A DNA stretch of 64,000 bases, from assembly GCF_009914755.1 (NCBI RefSeq), contig NC_060926.1. One strand, given 5' to 3'. Shown here one piece after another: positions 26,569 to 40,437 of this stretch. The position numbers and the translations under genes were made by a program. Under the pieces are notes generated by a model, which was given only the letters and a program-made list of their open reading frames with translations, made no database searches and was not told where the DNA came from. This DNA comes from the human T2T-CHM13v2.0 reference genome, Homo sapiens. Every line of letters starts with the position of its first letter. The first letter of the stretch is position 1.

Positions 26569-29564
26569 TGGTTAACTGTAGTCCCGCACTGTTAATGTTT
26601 TTCGTTTTTTGAAGCCAAGATAGCGTGCTCACCGCAAAAGAAATATGGACCTCGATGAACAGATAATAGGGAGAATCTCATGCACCCATCCTGGAATTAC
26701 GTTTTTAGCTTTGCCCCCATCACTACCATTGGAGGGAAGCAGCTTCTGCGAGAGGCATTTGTAAAGTCTCCATGTCTCCCCAAGAAGTCACGTTCTGCAG
26801 ACCCGTCAACCATCCCATGTCCCGCCACTCCCTCTAGTAAATAAGGATCCTTGGGTTTTTCTGGATGCCTACACTTACTAACTCTTGACCCAATTTTTGC
26901 ATAAGCATCGCAGAATCAAAAATCTATAATTAACAGATTGTTATAAAATTCTACAACGAATAAACTCTTAAATTCCAATTCGAAAATATTGTAAACTTTG
27001 CATTATAAATTAACATGAGTGTCTGTAGCAAGGTTAAGATCAATTTATAATGTAACCTAATCTTCACCTTGGTCTTTATTGGCACTGATTTAAAAAGATC
27101 TGTGTGCAATATCATCTTCTGAAGATAAGTTCCTTTCATTTATTTCTATTTGCTCTGATCCTCCTTTTGGAAAACAAAATAAAGAATTTTTTTCTAAAAA
27201 AGGTATGATCGAAACTTGGCCTTAATGAACTTAAACAGCAATTCATCCTCACACAATCCAGTCTTTATGGATTGCAGGCCTAGGGTAAGCAGGTTGCAGG
27301 CACAGTGAGTGACAGACAAGCAAATGTCAGAGGAGATGCTCTTATATTTGGTCGTGGGCTCCCTCTTCCACCGAGGCCTTTCCTAAATCTGCCTTTGATG
27401 AGCTTCCCCCAGCCATCAGCTCTGTCCGTTCCCTCTGGAGCTGCACAGAAAGTGCTTCATGGAAATGTCATCTGCCAGGACAGCAATTACTGGCACTCCA
27501 GCAATCACGGGCACAATGCAGAGTGGGTCGAATTCAGGTGAGAGCGAGAACCCACAATCAAGCCCGGGGAAGGAGAACAAAGCCATTTTCTTTCATTCGC
27601 CGTCAACACAACCATCAGGCCTTAATTACACGGCGCGTGCGGGGCTGGCTGCTGAAAGGCATGTTATTACCCAGCTTAGTTCCAAATCAGCTCAGTATTG
27701 ATGAGCGGCAGAGGGAGGAAGCCAGCCTCGCCCCCGTGGAAAGGAACAGGCACCAAACAAGCAGATGAGTGGCAGAAGGGGGCACACTCCAGGGAATTAA
27801 AAAATAATTTTAGAAGGGAGGGAGGGACCTGGTACCTAAACGCTGGCTAAAAATACGTTTCCAGAGGCCCATTGCATTCATGGCTGAATTCAACACAGGT
27901 ATACCTACTTCAGCCTGGGCTGTTTAGTTGGCCAATATATCTTACTGGATAAGTTCTTGAAGCTGTTATTCTCTGCTCACAGCATTTCCCAAAGGCTCCC
28001 ACAAGTCTCAATACACCTATGAGTACATTCTTTGTTCTTATCCCCAATTCTTTTTAAGCAATTTAAGAACATTCTGAAAAAAAGTTCTCAGATTATCCCT
28101 CTCTCTCCATATATATAATAAACATGTATGCATTTATCATTTATATTCTCTTATATTAAATATATATGCATATTTGCCTCTGTCTACCTTAAAATAACAA
28201 ATGTTCAGTGCAAAATATTTTTTAGAGATTGGCATAATAACACTTAATGGCAAGCTCTAACATCTTTGAATAAAGCCTCTACAGTAAAAATAAATGGTTC
28301 ATTTACTACTAAAAATTACACACACAAATGCATGCACACACACATACACTTCCTTCCCATGGCAAAACACCTATATTTGTGTATGAACCTAACACAAAAA
28401 GGCATATTACTCAGTATTACCGAAAGTTAATGGTAATATTGACAAACCCAAAACAACATGAATTCGGAACTGTTTTGTTTAGAATTCTAAAAACGATTCT
28501 GCTATTTGGTGGGGTGCTATGCACCTGGATGTGGAATTAAGAGGTGCATCTCCTTTCAAGCTGGGGGAACACACACTGCCAATCCCCCAAGCTGAGCTTT
28601 GATGGATGCACGAACTTACCAGCAGGCACACGCTCACGCCGATAGGAGCCGTGCACAAGCGTGTGCAGTGCTTAATGCCAAATTATGTCATTTAAGGGAC
28701 CTTTACATTTCCTAATCTATTTAAAATGGCCTAGAAAATAAGTCCTGATCTGTGTGCCTGGGCTAGGTCTATTAAGAGTCAGACAGACGGCATAATGAAA
28801 GCCAGGGTGCAGCCCTAATAGGAAATCCAATGTTCTGTGTATTCCCTTCCTCTCCCTTTTTTGCCCAGGCTTTAGACTTCCTGGGGATCTGTCTCGGGCA
28901 GATGCTCATGTTTTCCAAGCTTATTGCTTATGGGAAGTGGTAGGAGTTTAAGAAAATCAGAGAGAAGAAGCTGTCATCTTGCTGACAAGCTGGCCAAATG
29001 CAGGTGGGTCAGAGTTTTGAGTGATGTGAGTTTTGAAATCCACTTCCAAGGCAAAATTAAAATACAAAAGCTTTGTCCTGCCACATACGGCCGTCTGATT
29101 TCCCTAGGATAGATGGTTGCTGAAGACCTGGGAAGCTTCTCCTCTCACACATGCTTCAAGTGAGCGTGTTTACTCTGCGAGACTACAGGGAGAGGAAATT
29201 AATTTGAGCTGCTGCCGCCTTCCTCCCCAGCGTAGCCAAGAACATAGCCTCCTAACCAGCCTCTCCAATCCATTGCTTCCCCTCCAGTGCATTCTCCACA
29301 CAGCAGCAGGACCATCGTTCTAAAAATGAAATTGCATCATACTATATAAGAGCTTCTGATTGCGTTTGGGGCTTCCAAAACCTGAACTCCTGGCCATGCC
29401 GCCACCGCAGCGTAAGAGGCGGCTCCTCCTCATCCCTCCTGACTCCTGTGTTGCTCACAATGTTCTCCTGGAGCAGTTCCCAAAATGGGGTTCGTGAGCC
29501 TGTGGGGGTGCCCTCCACCCTTTCATGGCCTTTCGGGGGTCTTCCCTCATGCAACTACATCATC

Positions 29565-29941
29565 TGTGGGGTTAGATTATCTTCAAATGCTTCAGCCAAA
29601 ACAACTTATGCAATATGTTAAGTGCAGAGGCAGATGAGAATTCAGCTGCTCTATTAAGACACGCATGAAAGACATTTGCTAAATGTGAAACAATGACGCT
29701 CTTTCAATAAATGTCTTTTTTATGGAAAATATTATTTTTCATAAATATATAATCACTTATATTAACAGGTACTGGGTTTTAAAAATATTTTTAATAACTA
29801 AAAAGCAAATAATGTTTTAAAATATCTTAGTTTTAATTGTTAATGTGGTAGCTATAACTTTCATGAACAAAATCTCTGCGAGGGCTTCAGACTATTAAGC
29901 CTATGAAGAGCCCTTGTAACTGAACCTGGTGAGAAGCAGCG
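29565..29941 (+). mobile_element. Charlie1-like hAT transposon 3' end
   Basis: 'gcagaggcagatgagaattcagctgctctattaag...atttgctaaatgtgaaacaatg...ggaaaatattatttttcataaa...catgaacaaaatctct'. Confidence 0.7.
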
Positions 29942-30154
29942 TTCTCAGGACCTCACGGTGAGAAGCGCATTCTCAGGACCGCACGGGGAGAAGCTCGTTC
30001 TCAGGACCGCACGGGGAGAAGCAGGGTTCTCAGGACGGCACGGGGAGAAGCAGCGTTCTCAGGACCGCACGGGGAGAAGCTCGTTCTCAGGACCGCACGG
30101 GGAGAAGGAGCGTTCTCAGGACGCACGGGGAGAAGCGCCTTCTCGGGACCACAC
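29931..30154. repeat. Minisatellite, 28-29-bp unit x8
   Basis: Unit gagaagcagcgttctcaggaccgcacggg. Confidence 0.95.
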
Positions 30155-30375
30155 AGTTCCTTCTTTGTGTGCACACACCGAGCTCTCCCTTCCTCAGGGC
30201 CACTGCACAGCTGGTTTTTCTGAGAGGAAGCCCAGGTAACACCTCAGTGTTTCTCCTCTCTCCCATAGGGCTCATCCTTCGCTTTCTGTATTGGCCCTGC
30301 TGTTTTCCCATGTTTAGGGCCCTGATTTTTAATATTTTCTTAATTATTTATTTACTTTTCCTCTTATTGGAAGAA

Positions 30376-30788
<413 letters not shown>

Positions 30789-30799
30789 GCTCACAGAAG

Positions 30800-30900
30800 A
30801 AAGTACTTGTGTCCTGGATTCCTTCAGTATCACCACAGTGTCTACTGCATGGGGCACTTTTTAAACATCTCATAAATAAGTGAATGGATGAATGAATGAG
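30800..30900 (+). mobile_element. L2 3' end
   Basis: 'cacagtgtctactgcatggggcact...aaataagtgaatggatgaatgaatga', the typical (TGAA)n L2 tail. Confidence 0.6.
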
Positions 30901-30996
30901 ATAACCTGTTCATACTCAGAATAGGTGATTGTAATAAATGTTCTGACTCTTCTGCCATGATCAAGCGTATGGCAGGTTCTTATGTGTCCAGGGTGG

Positions 30997-31284
<288 letters not shown>

Positions 31285-33165
31285 TGTCCAGGTTGTTTTA
31301 AGTGAGGTCTTGCTTGAAGACGGCAGGGTGCACTGGTTATGTGTCAGGCAGAGGGAACTTCCAGAAGCCACCCCTAGGCATGGATGGAATGGCTCCCTTC
31401 CCAGCACAGGATGAAGGAGGGATGGGAATGGTTGAGTCTGAGAAGGCTGTGCCTGCTAGGATCCCTCTTAGGGCCAATGGCAAAGAGCCAGGTCGCAGGA
31501 GAGGATAACACTGGCAGGTCAGATTGGAGTTTTGCAAGTAAATACCATCTGCTTTTCATCAGGATTAGAGACTCAGGGAAAATGTCAGAACCATATCCAT
31601 TATGAAGAACATGTGAGAGCACTCTGGGATGCATTTTTAAAAATCTGACTCGGAGTAAACACACAGGGTGCCAACCCGAAGCCGCCCATCCTCACTGCTC
31701 TACAGCAGGGACCTCAGCATCCTACAGGAAGCAGAATCCTTTCACATCCCCAGGGGAAGAAATGCTGGGAAAGTGCACTAATGCCATGAGCCTGGGACTG
31801 GTGTGCATGTGGACAGTTGGGTCAGGACGTCTGCAGGTGGTAGGGCTTCAGTAAATATGTATTAAAGCCAGCTACGTGTCAGTAAACTACAGCAGAATCA
31901 AGACCCTTTGAATATGTAGATGCAAATATACAGCCTGTGTGGGAATCGATTTATTTCCAACTCAAATTTTTCCTAAATCCCATTTACCATTTCTCATCCT
32001 TTTAAGCAGAAGATGGCCTAGAGGAAGAATCTTCAGGACATAGATTAGCCCAGGTTTTATGAATTCAGCGTTGCTGCACAACCTCCAGCATAGTTTGTTA
32101 ATTTTTTCCTAAATATTTTTCAAAGTTGTACTCTGTAGCAGACCCTACGTTATCCATACAGATGAGATGACAGACTGCAGACGGCATCCTTGTCTGGAGG
32201 AAAGTAAGAGCCAATTAGTCCTACTGGAACCTGGCAGAAATCAGTCTCTTTCTAGAGGCCTCTCTGTGTTGGGGCACATCCTGGGCTGGGAGCTGGAATA
32301 TTTGTCTTTAAATCTAGTTCTGGTGTGTACTTTGCCAGAACTTTCCCATAGATTGTGAATTTCTGAAATAGAAGGCTGACCTGAATCATCTTATACACTG
32401 TAAATATAGTTCAGATAAAACATGCGGTGCTGATGCACTCGGAGTGCAGTCTGGCGGAACACCATCTAGAATTCCACTCCTCCCTCCACACGTTACAGAG
32501 CAGTTGTAAGGGACAGTAAGGTAACACGTAAAGTTTCTAGGATAATGACTCAAATGCGCAGCTACAGCTTTGCTTCTTTTTTCTTTATCCTTTTATTCAG
32601 TGTTTCATGTTAGTTTCATTTTTTTTTTTTTTTCATATAGGATGATGCTTTCTAGCTTCCCTCTCTGAAAAGAAGTCTCATTATGAAAACATGCAGCAGA
32701 ATATCTTAAACTTCCCAGTGCGTACAATACGGAGAGCGTCTGTTGGTCCTGGCAGTGGGTGGATATCGTCACATACTTAATTGTCATTCAGTGGCTGGCT
32801 CTGTTTTCTTTCTTCTCAAATGTCTGGCTGTTCATCTCTTCTTTCTGTCTCACCCAAATTTGAATTGATCCTAGCAGAGCACAAAGCCTCATCCAAGTGT
32901 CTCCACAGTCCCTCATTGTGAAGGAGGAGCTACCCTCTGGGGCTGGGAGGACTGCAATTGGGGGACGGTGATGGGAGCAGAGGCTGGGATTCACCACAGA
33001 ATGGCCCCTCCTTTAGGGGAGGAGGGTGCAGTTGGCTTGGGAATCTAGCCAACGAGTCAAGGCTTGAGGACCTGTCTGTTAACCCTAACAAGTTGGGGAT
33101 TCTGCTTTTCAAAGGCAGAACTACCAGTTCCATACTAAGGAATGTATACTCCCTGGCTCTTCAGG

Positions 33166-33488
<323 letters not shown>

Positions 33489-34280
33489 TAAAGTCAGTGT
33501 CTGGATTAGAAAATCATGTTGTCTTTCTGGACTTTGAAAATGAAAACAACACTTTTGTCAAAAAGATTTGCTAGTTATGAATCACAGAAATGCTTAAGTG
33601 CTTGAAAACACAGCAAAGTCATGTGCCCTGGAGTCAGAATGTCCTCCTGCGGCTGCACACGGTCAGTTGTCTCCCCAGGATTTGGGCTTTTTGGCTTCAG
33701 TAAATGAGGCAAATGTGTAGGGTTTGTTCTCCACAGTCCCATCTGTAAAGCTGTGGAATATGTTATTGATCCATTTTGGGTCTGGAACTTCAACCATACA
33801 ATCTATAATCTCATCTTTGGTATGCCACTTATATCTGGCAAATTCTAAGAAAAGACAAAAGAGTGAGAATTGAAAATAACTGAGCAGTCGTCTGCTGCCT
33901 CATTACATAGTTCTGTGATTTTGATCAGATTTGGATAGCTAGGCAGGACTGAGCAGATTACTACTTGGATCAGGAAACAGTGAACGCTGGGTTTTATGAG
34001 GGACGTTTTAGACACCTAGGGGTGAATCAGCTCCTTCTGTATTATTTTAGAGCTGGAGAAATTTCTTGAATATGAAACAGTCCAAGGCTTCATTTTGTAG
34101 TTAGGATTTAAAATAAAATACTTGAACAACATCTGTATATAAAATTATTTTTAATAAAAATTATGTTTTTGTTCTCTAAATCATTATAGTGATTTAAATT
34201 TTTTTGATATTTTATTTATTAATGTTTCCTCAATGATCTGTAAGATTATTCACCTGATGGTTATTTTATAGCTATTATTC

Positions 34281-34566
34281 ATATATATATATATTTTTGA
34301 GATGGGTTCTCACTCTGTCCCCCAGGCTGAAGTGCAGTGGTGTGGTCATGGCTCGCTGCAGCCTTGACTCCTGGGGCTCAAGTGATCTTCCCACCTTAGC
34401 CTCCTAAGTAGCTGGGACCACAGGCACAAGCCCCTTTTTCTGACCAAGTTTTAAGTTATTTGTAAAGATGAGGTCTTGCTATGTTGCCCAGGCTGGTCTT
34501 GAGCTCCTGGGCTCAAGCAACCTCCCAAAATGCTGGGATTATAAGAGTGAGCCACTGCACCTGGCC
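34281..34566 (-). mobile_element. AluJ element with (TA)n tail
   Basis: AluJ diagnostics (gcagccttgactcctggggctcaag, gtcttgctatgttgcccagg). Degenerate TSD ending ttattcatat. Confidence 0.92.
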
Positions 34567-35559
34567 TGTAGTTATTCATATTTTATCTCCCTTTAGAACA
34601 CGACAGAAACTTGTTAATACCAAGAGCTTTTGTATGATATTGAGATATAAAATGTATAGCTATATTCCTTTAGAAGTGTTACATACAGGATGGGGAGAAA
34701 GGTGCGACATTCCTCTGCTGGGACCACCTTGCTGCCGTTTGGAAGCTTTGGGCTGTGTGTACATGCCCACTTTGAGAGGCCAGTGGGGAGACTTGTCCTG
34801 CTCCTTTTTTCAGAAGCAGTAGAGTGTCTGTCACTCCAGGAAACTGACACTTGTCTGGCTGCTCAAGAAGTTTCCCAGCTGGCTGTGAGACCTTCCCCCC
34901 TCATCAGATCCTTTCATTAACCCTGCACCAACAACTCTAAAGCCAAGAACCTTCAAGAACAACTTTAAGAACAACTCTAAAGACCAACTTTAAGCCAAGA
35001 ACCAAGTTGATAGCTTAAAAATTGGATAAATGTATACTGTCAAATGAAGTTATTATTGTCACTTTGCTAATATGGAATGCTAAGGATAAATGCTATAAAG
35101 AGTCTTAGACAACATCTACTCCAGTGAATGATCTTCAAACTTAACTACCTGATGTAGTCACTTGTGGATTAGAGAAAGAAGTGGCTCTGCTTTTGCAAAG
35201 ACAAACAATCTTGTTTCAGAATAATCCCCCTGCTGATAATAATTAGAAATGTAAGACTCTACACAACCCATTTGAAGGCAGTGGGAATCAGTCATGATGT
35301 GCACAGTCAACATTGCATGCAGAGAGAAATCCAGAGAGTAAGACCTAGGTGTAGCACATCTTTCCTGCTTACAGCATTTATTGATACCAAAGAGTTTCAT
35401 GATGATCTGAATATCTGAACAGAAGGTTTGTCAAAATTGCATCATGCGGGGCATAAGCTTAAGATTCATGGCCTCCTGAGAGGGAAGCTCCTTGGTAAAC
35501 ACCATAGGCTTCCAGTTGGGATCCCATAGGATTACATGCTAGGAAGAAGGATAAACTGA

Positions 35560-37240
35560 AAATAGCTCAGCTCTCACAGGTAATAAACCATGGCTTTGAA
35601 TCATCAATTCATGATTGGATTGAGGTGTTTTTCTGTGATTTAGATGCCTAGAAGCAGCAAATCTTTTCTGTAAGAAGATAATATAATACAGAGGCTGAGA
35701 GTAAGGCTACAATCTTTCATCTACAATGTCTGAAATTCAAGCAAAATGAAACAAGGAGTATGACATGATAGATTTGACCAAACCTCAGGAGAAAATAACA
35801 ACCAATAGAAACAAATACATTGAGACTCACAGAAATTTAAACTCATTATGATGAAAATGCTAACACATTTAACAAGAAGTTAAATTTCAAGAGATAAATA
35901 AAACTTATCTTAAAAACCAAGTGGAAATTTTAGAATTAAAAACTATAATAATTGAAGTTAGGATCTCAGTTGATGAGATTAACAACAGAATATGACAGGC
36001 CAAAGAGAGAATTAGTGAACTGGAAAATGGGCTAGGAGAAACTACCAATATTAATATATAGTGATAAAATGGTAGAAAATACATAAAAGAATATAAGATA
36101 TATATAAGACACAGTATAAAACCCTATCACATGCAAAACAGGAGTCCCATAAGGAGAGGCAAGAGGAGCAAAAGCAGTATTTAAAAAGATAAAATGTAAG
36201 AATTTTTCAAACATGATGAAAGGCATTAGCCTACAAGTTCAACAAGCAATAGAAATTTCAAGGGGGGATAAATACAAAGCAAATCACATCTGGGCATATC
36301 ATAGTAAAACTTCTGGAAATCAAATATCAGGAAAAAATTTTTTAAATGCCAGCAGTTACTGACAGCTCATTTCTCAGCAAAAAATGATGGTATTCAGATG
36401 ACAATGGGATTCTATACTAAAAATGCTTAAATAAAGTGATTGCCTATGTGGGTGAAAAAAAAATCCTTAAAAATGAAGGTAAAGGATTTTAGATACATTA
36501 AAAATAGAAGCACTTGTAATCAGCAGATCTGCATTAAGTGAAATGCTAAAAAATTATTTAGTCAGAAGTAAAATTATCTGCTTGTAATCCAGAGATACAT
36601 GTAGACATGAACAACAAATACTGTAAGTATGTGGGTAAAATGAAATAATCATTGACTGTATAAAATAACAATAATATCTTATAATTTAGTGTATTTATAA
36701 TAAAAATTACATTCAATATATATATCCATATATCACATTATAATATGTGGTTTATATTATATAACATATAACATATTTAATATTTATAAAACCTCACCTA
36801 CAGTAACACACAAATAGGGGGAAGTAGTTGGAGTTAAAGCATTGGTAATTTCATTGTGTTTTTGTAAAATGGTAAAACTACCCTTGATATTAAATTTTAG
36901 AAAGTCAATAAAACCTAGTAAAAAATCTATCACTATCAAAGTTATAGACAGAATAAAGGAATAATATAAAATACTAAATGCAAATAAGATTAAGAAGAAA
37001 GTCATAAAAAAGGAGGAAAATTAGAAAATAGTAAACTGGAGAATGCAACCCATTAATAATTACATTGAGATGTGAAAGTAGTACACAGGACCATCAATAG
37101 TCAAAGATTATCACACCAGATTAAAAATTGAACCCAACTAAATGCTGCTTTCAAGAGTCAGATCTGAAATGTAAGGACACAAAAAGGTTGAAGATAAAAA
37201 AAGAAGAAATATATTACAGTGCGAATGTTAAGGAAAATTA
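35560..37240 (+). mobile_element. Old L1M fragment (ORF1 to start of ORF2), degraded
   Basis: A-rich strand. 'aaccaagtggaaattttagaatt...gagagaattagtgaactggaa' is ORF1-like and 'acccaactaaatgctgctttcaagag' is ORF2 endonuclease-like. Boundaries approximate. Confidence 0.7.
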
Positions 37241-37619
37241 TTATAAATTTTTAAAAATATTGATGTGTAGGCCCATCATTGGCTATTATGAATTTTTGAA
37301 TGTTGGTTAGGGAACAGGCAACTGTATTATTACAACTGTTTCTGGTAATTTCTGATGAACAAATATGGCTGAGAAATAGATATCTAGTCTGAATTGTTTG
37401 TTTTAGAGGAAACAGGTCAGAAAAGAAAGTGATTTACCACAGTCCTTTCAGTCATTATTTATTCAATGTTTAAGGAACATCTACTATGAGATAATAATAA
37501 ATGAGGTGGGTTTCCTTGATTTATAATTTTAAAATTTATGTACATATGCAGAAGTATCTCCAAAACAAGACAGAAAAGGAAAAGGCCTTACCCAAGGGAC
37601 AGAATAAAATACTATTGAC

Positions 37620-38777
37620 TGTGCCCAACCACAGATGAGCGCATAAAAACATGGTATATCTATCTATCTGCAGGTGTATATACACACATGCACACACACA
37701 TGCATACAACGAATGTGTAGAGATGTATATAACATATACACCCATATATACATACATACATGCACACACACATGCACACAACGAAGGTGCAGATATATGT
37801 AACATATACACACGTATATACACACATGCACACACACACGCATACAACGAATGTGTAGAGATGTATATAATATAAACACATGTATACATACATGCACACA
37901 CACACAACGAATGTGTAGAGATGTATATAACACACACATATATACACACATGCACACACACACACAATGAATGTGTAGAGATGTATATAACATATACACA
38001 CATATATACACACATGCACACACACACGCACACAACGAATGTGTAGAGATGTACCTAACATACACACATATATACACATGCACACACACACAACGAATGT
38101 GTACAGATGTATATAACATACACACATATATACACATGCACACACACATGCATACAATGAATATGTATAGGTATAAATAACATACATATATATACATGCA
38201 CACACATACACAATGAATATGTGTATATATTATATATATAATATATACACACACACGTACACAATGGAACACTACCCAGCAATAAAAAAAGAAGGAAATT
38301 CTGTTATTTGTGGCAACATGGATGAACCTGGAGGTCATAATGTTAAGTGAAATAAGCCAGACACAGAAAGACAAACACTGCATGATTTCATTCATACATA
38401 GAGGCTAAAACAGTTGATTTCATAGAGAGCAAAGAATAGAACAGTGGTTACCAGAGACTAGGAAGGGGCAGGGGTATGGGCCCCAGGAGTGGTTGGCCAA
38501 CCAGTACCAAGTTACAGTTAGGCAAGAGGACCGAGCTCTGGTATTCTATTACACAGTAGGATAACCAGAGCAAATAACAAGGTATTGCGTATTTCAAGAT
38601 AGCCAGAAGAGAAGATTTAGAATATTATTACCACCAAGATAAATGGTAAAAGTTTAAAATGATGGACATGGTAACTTCCTCAATTCCATCATGATACTAT
38701 GTATATACGCATTGACACATCACACTGTATTCCATAAACATGTACAATTACCACGTGTCAATTAGAAATGAAAATTA
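37620..38777 (+). mobile_element. L1MA-type 3' end containing a VNTR
   Basis: 'acaatggaacactacccagcaataaaaaaagaaggaaattctg...caacatggatgaacctggagg...taagtgaaataagccag...gaacagtggttaccagag'. Confidence 0.85.
37675..38262. repeat. CA/TA-rich minisatellite, ~56-72-bp unit x9
   Basis: Anchor caacgaatgtgtagagatgtatataa (or variants) at 37707, 37779, 37845, 37905, 37965, 38033, 38091, 38155, 38211. Confidence 0.93.
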
Positions 38778-39060
38778 GGCAGGGCGGGGTGGCTCATGCC
38801 TGTAATCCCAGCACTTTGGGAGGCCTAGGCGAGTGGATCATAAGGTCAGGAGCTTGAGATCAGCTTGACCAACATGGTGAAACCCCATCTCTACTAAAAA
38901 ATACAAAAATTAGCCAGGCGTTGTGGTGTGTGCCTGTAATCCCAGCTACTCAGGAGGCTGAGGCAGGAGAATCGCTTGAACCCAGGAGGCAGAGGTTGCA
39001 GTGAGCACTGCACTCCAGCCTGGGCGACAGAGCGAGACTCTGTCTCAAAAAAAATAAAAT
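38778..39060 (+). mobile_element. AluS element (Sg-like)
   Basis: Full dimer with an ~11-bp deletion near the 3' end. Degenerate TSD aaat(g/t)aaaatta. Confidence 0.93.
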
Positions 39061-40437
39061 TAAAATTAACTAATAAAAATACCATAGACCAAAAGAGTGA
39101 AAGACCAATTTCATGATACTGTGTATATATGCATTGAAACATCACACCATATTCCATAAGCATGTACAATTACCACGTGTCAATTATAAATAAAAATTAA
39201 CTAATAAAAACACCATAGACCAAAGGAGTGAAAGGTCAATTTCAGAGACAGGACTAAGTTTTGTCTTCAAAGAATCAGAGGCTTTTTAGTTAGATTATTT
39301 TAAAAAAATGAGTAGGCTTTGGAAAGGTTCAGAAGTGGGAGAAGAACATCACAATGAGATCTTTACAAACATTGTCCTTAATAACAAAGTAAAGTGTGGG
39401 ACTGCTTCTTCATAAAAAGTTCATCCTTTGCTTTGAAAAACAAACATTCTTTTTGATAGGAGATCTTTTGAAATGCCAATTTCTAAAGTTAACCAACGTT
39501 TTCAGAAAAACTATGCTTACAAAAAAATTGTGCGGGACAGACTGCACACTTGGGCACTGCCTTCTTGCCGGCCACAATTTGATGGCCTTCCCTGCCATAA
39601 GGGATGGTGTAGACTGCGTGAAATGCAGATACCCATGACTATCTGCGGGGTATAGCGTGATCCCCCGTCACACTCTCCTTCCCCCGAGTCAATGGGAGAG
39701 GGAGGAGCCACAGGAGAAAAGGGTGAGGGTCTCAGGACCAGGACAGCTGTGGGGCAGAACCCCGTCCTCGCATTTGATGGCTCACAGGACTTGAGTGAGG
39801 GACACAGTGTTAATGTGAGAAGCCACCGACTTTATAAGGCTGTGTGTTCTGCAGTTAGTCTCCTCTGTCTTTAGAGTTGGCTCCTCCTCACCTTGGGTCT
39901 TACTGATGGAGCTGAATTCTCTGGCCCAGCTACCTTCTTCTCTCTGAAGCACTTCTTCCTCTTTCCTCCAAGGGACTGTTCAACAGCAGTGTCACCTGCC
40001 TGCCCAGTCCTCATGCAGACACACAAACCTGCTTCCCACTACACACAGTACCCCTCACGGAGGCAGGCAGCACGGACACCTCTGGGGAGGAACTTCTGAA
40101 AATAAAATGCAGCTCAGAGTGCTCCAACATTTCATCCAGGATTTGAACACACAGCACTCAGATTGAGCCAAGGAAGCAGCGTGCAGTGCCATTCCTTCCT
40201 CCAGGTAAGCCTCGTTAGGCTGTGCCCTCATACACACGCTGGGCCTTACGGTTTACAAAATGCATGTCTATAAATACGTCACATGCTTCCCACCGTGGCA
40301 CTATAGGAAGCTGAGGCAGGTTTCGTGACAAGTGAATTTTTGGTGTAGGCTGCTCGAGAGGTCCATGATTTGCAGGTTTCATGACAAATAAATTTAGGTA
40401 CTTGGTGGGGGCTGCTCAAGAGGTCATGATTTGCCAT

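Noticed and set aside
25568-26632. 300-354 aa ORFs in four frames as protein-coding genes
   Set aside because: Explained by stop-poor GC-rich repeat units whose lengths are multiples of 3. Nominal starts are mostly GTG/TTG and there is no recognisable domain. Kept only as a speculative finding.
29931-30154. Heat-shock or STAT element array
   Set aside because: GAA-TTC spacing is 5-6 nt rather than the 2 nt of nGAAnnTTCn, and TTCTCAGGA is not TTCnnnGAA.
37675-38262. CRISPR-like repeat-spacer array (also considered for 29931-30154 and 22256-22402)
   Set aside because: The apparent spacers are homologous to each other, the context is primate DNA, and there are no cas genes.
37536-38395. Cys/Val/Tyr-rich ORFs
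   Set aside because: Translations of the CA/TA minisatellite inside an L1.
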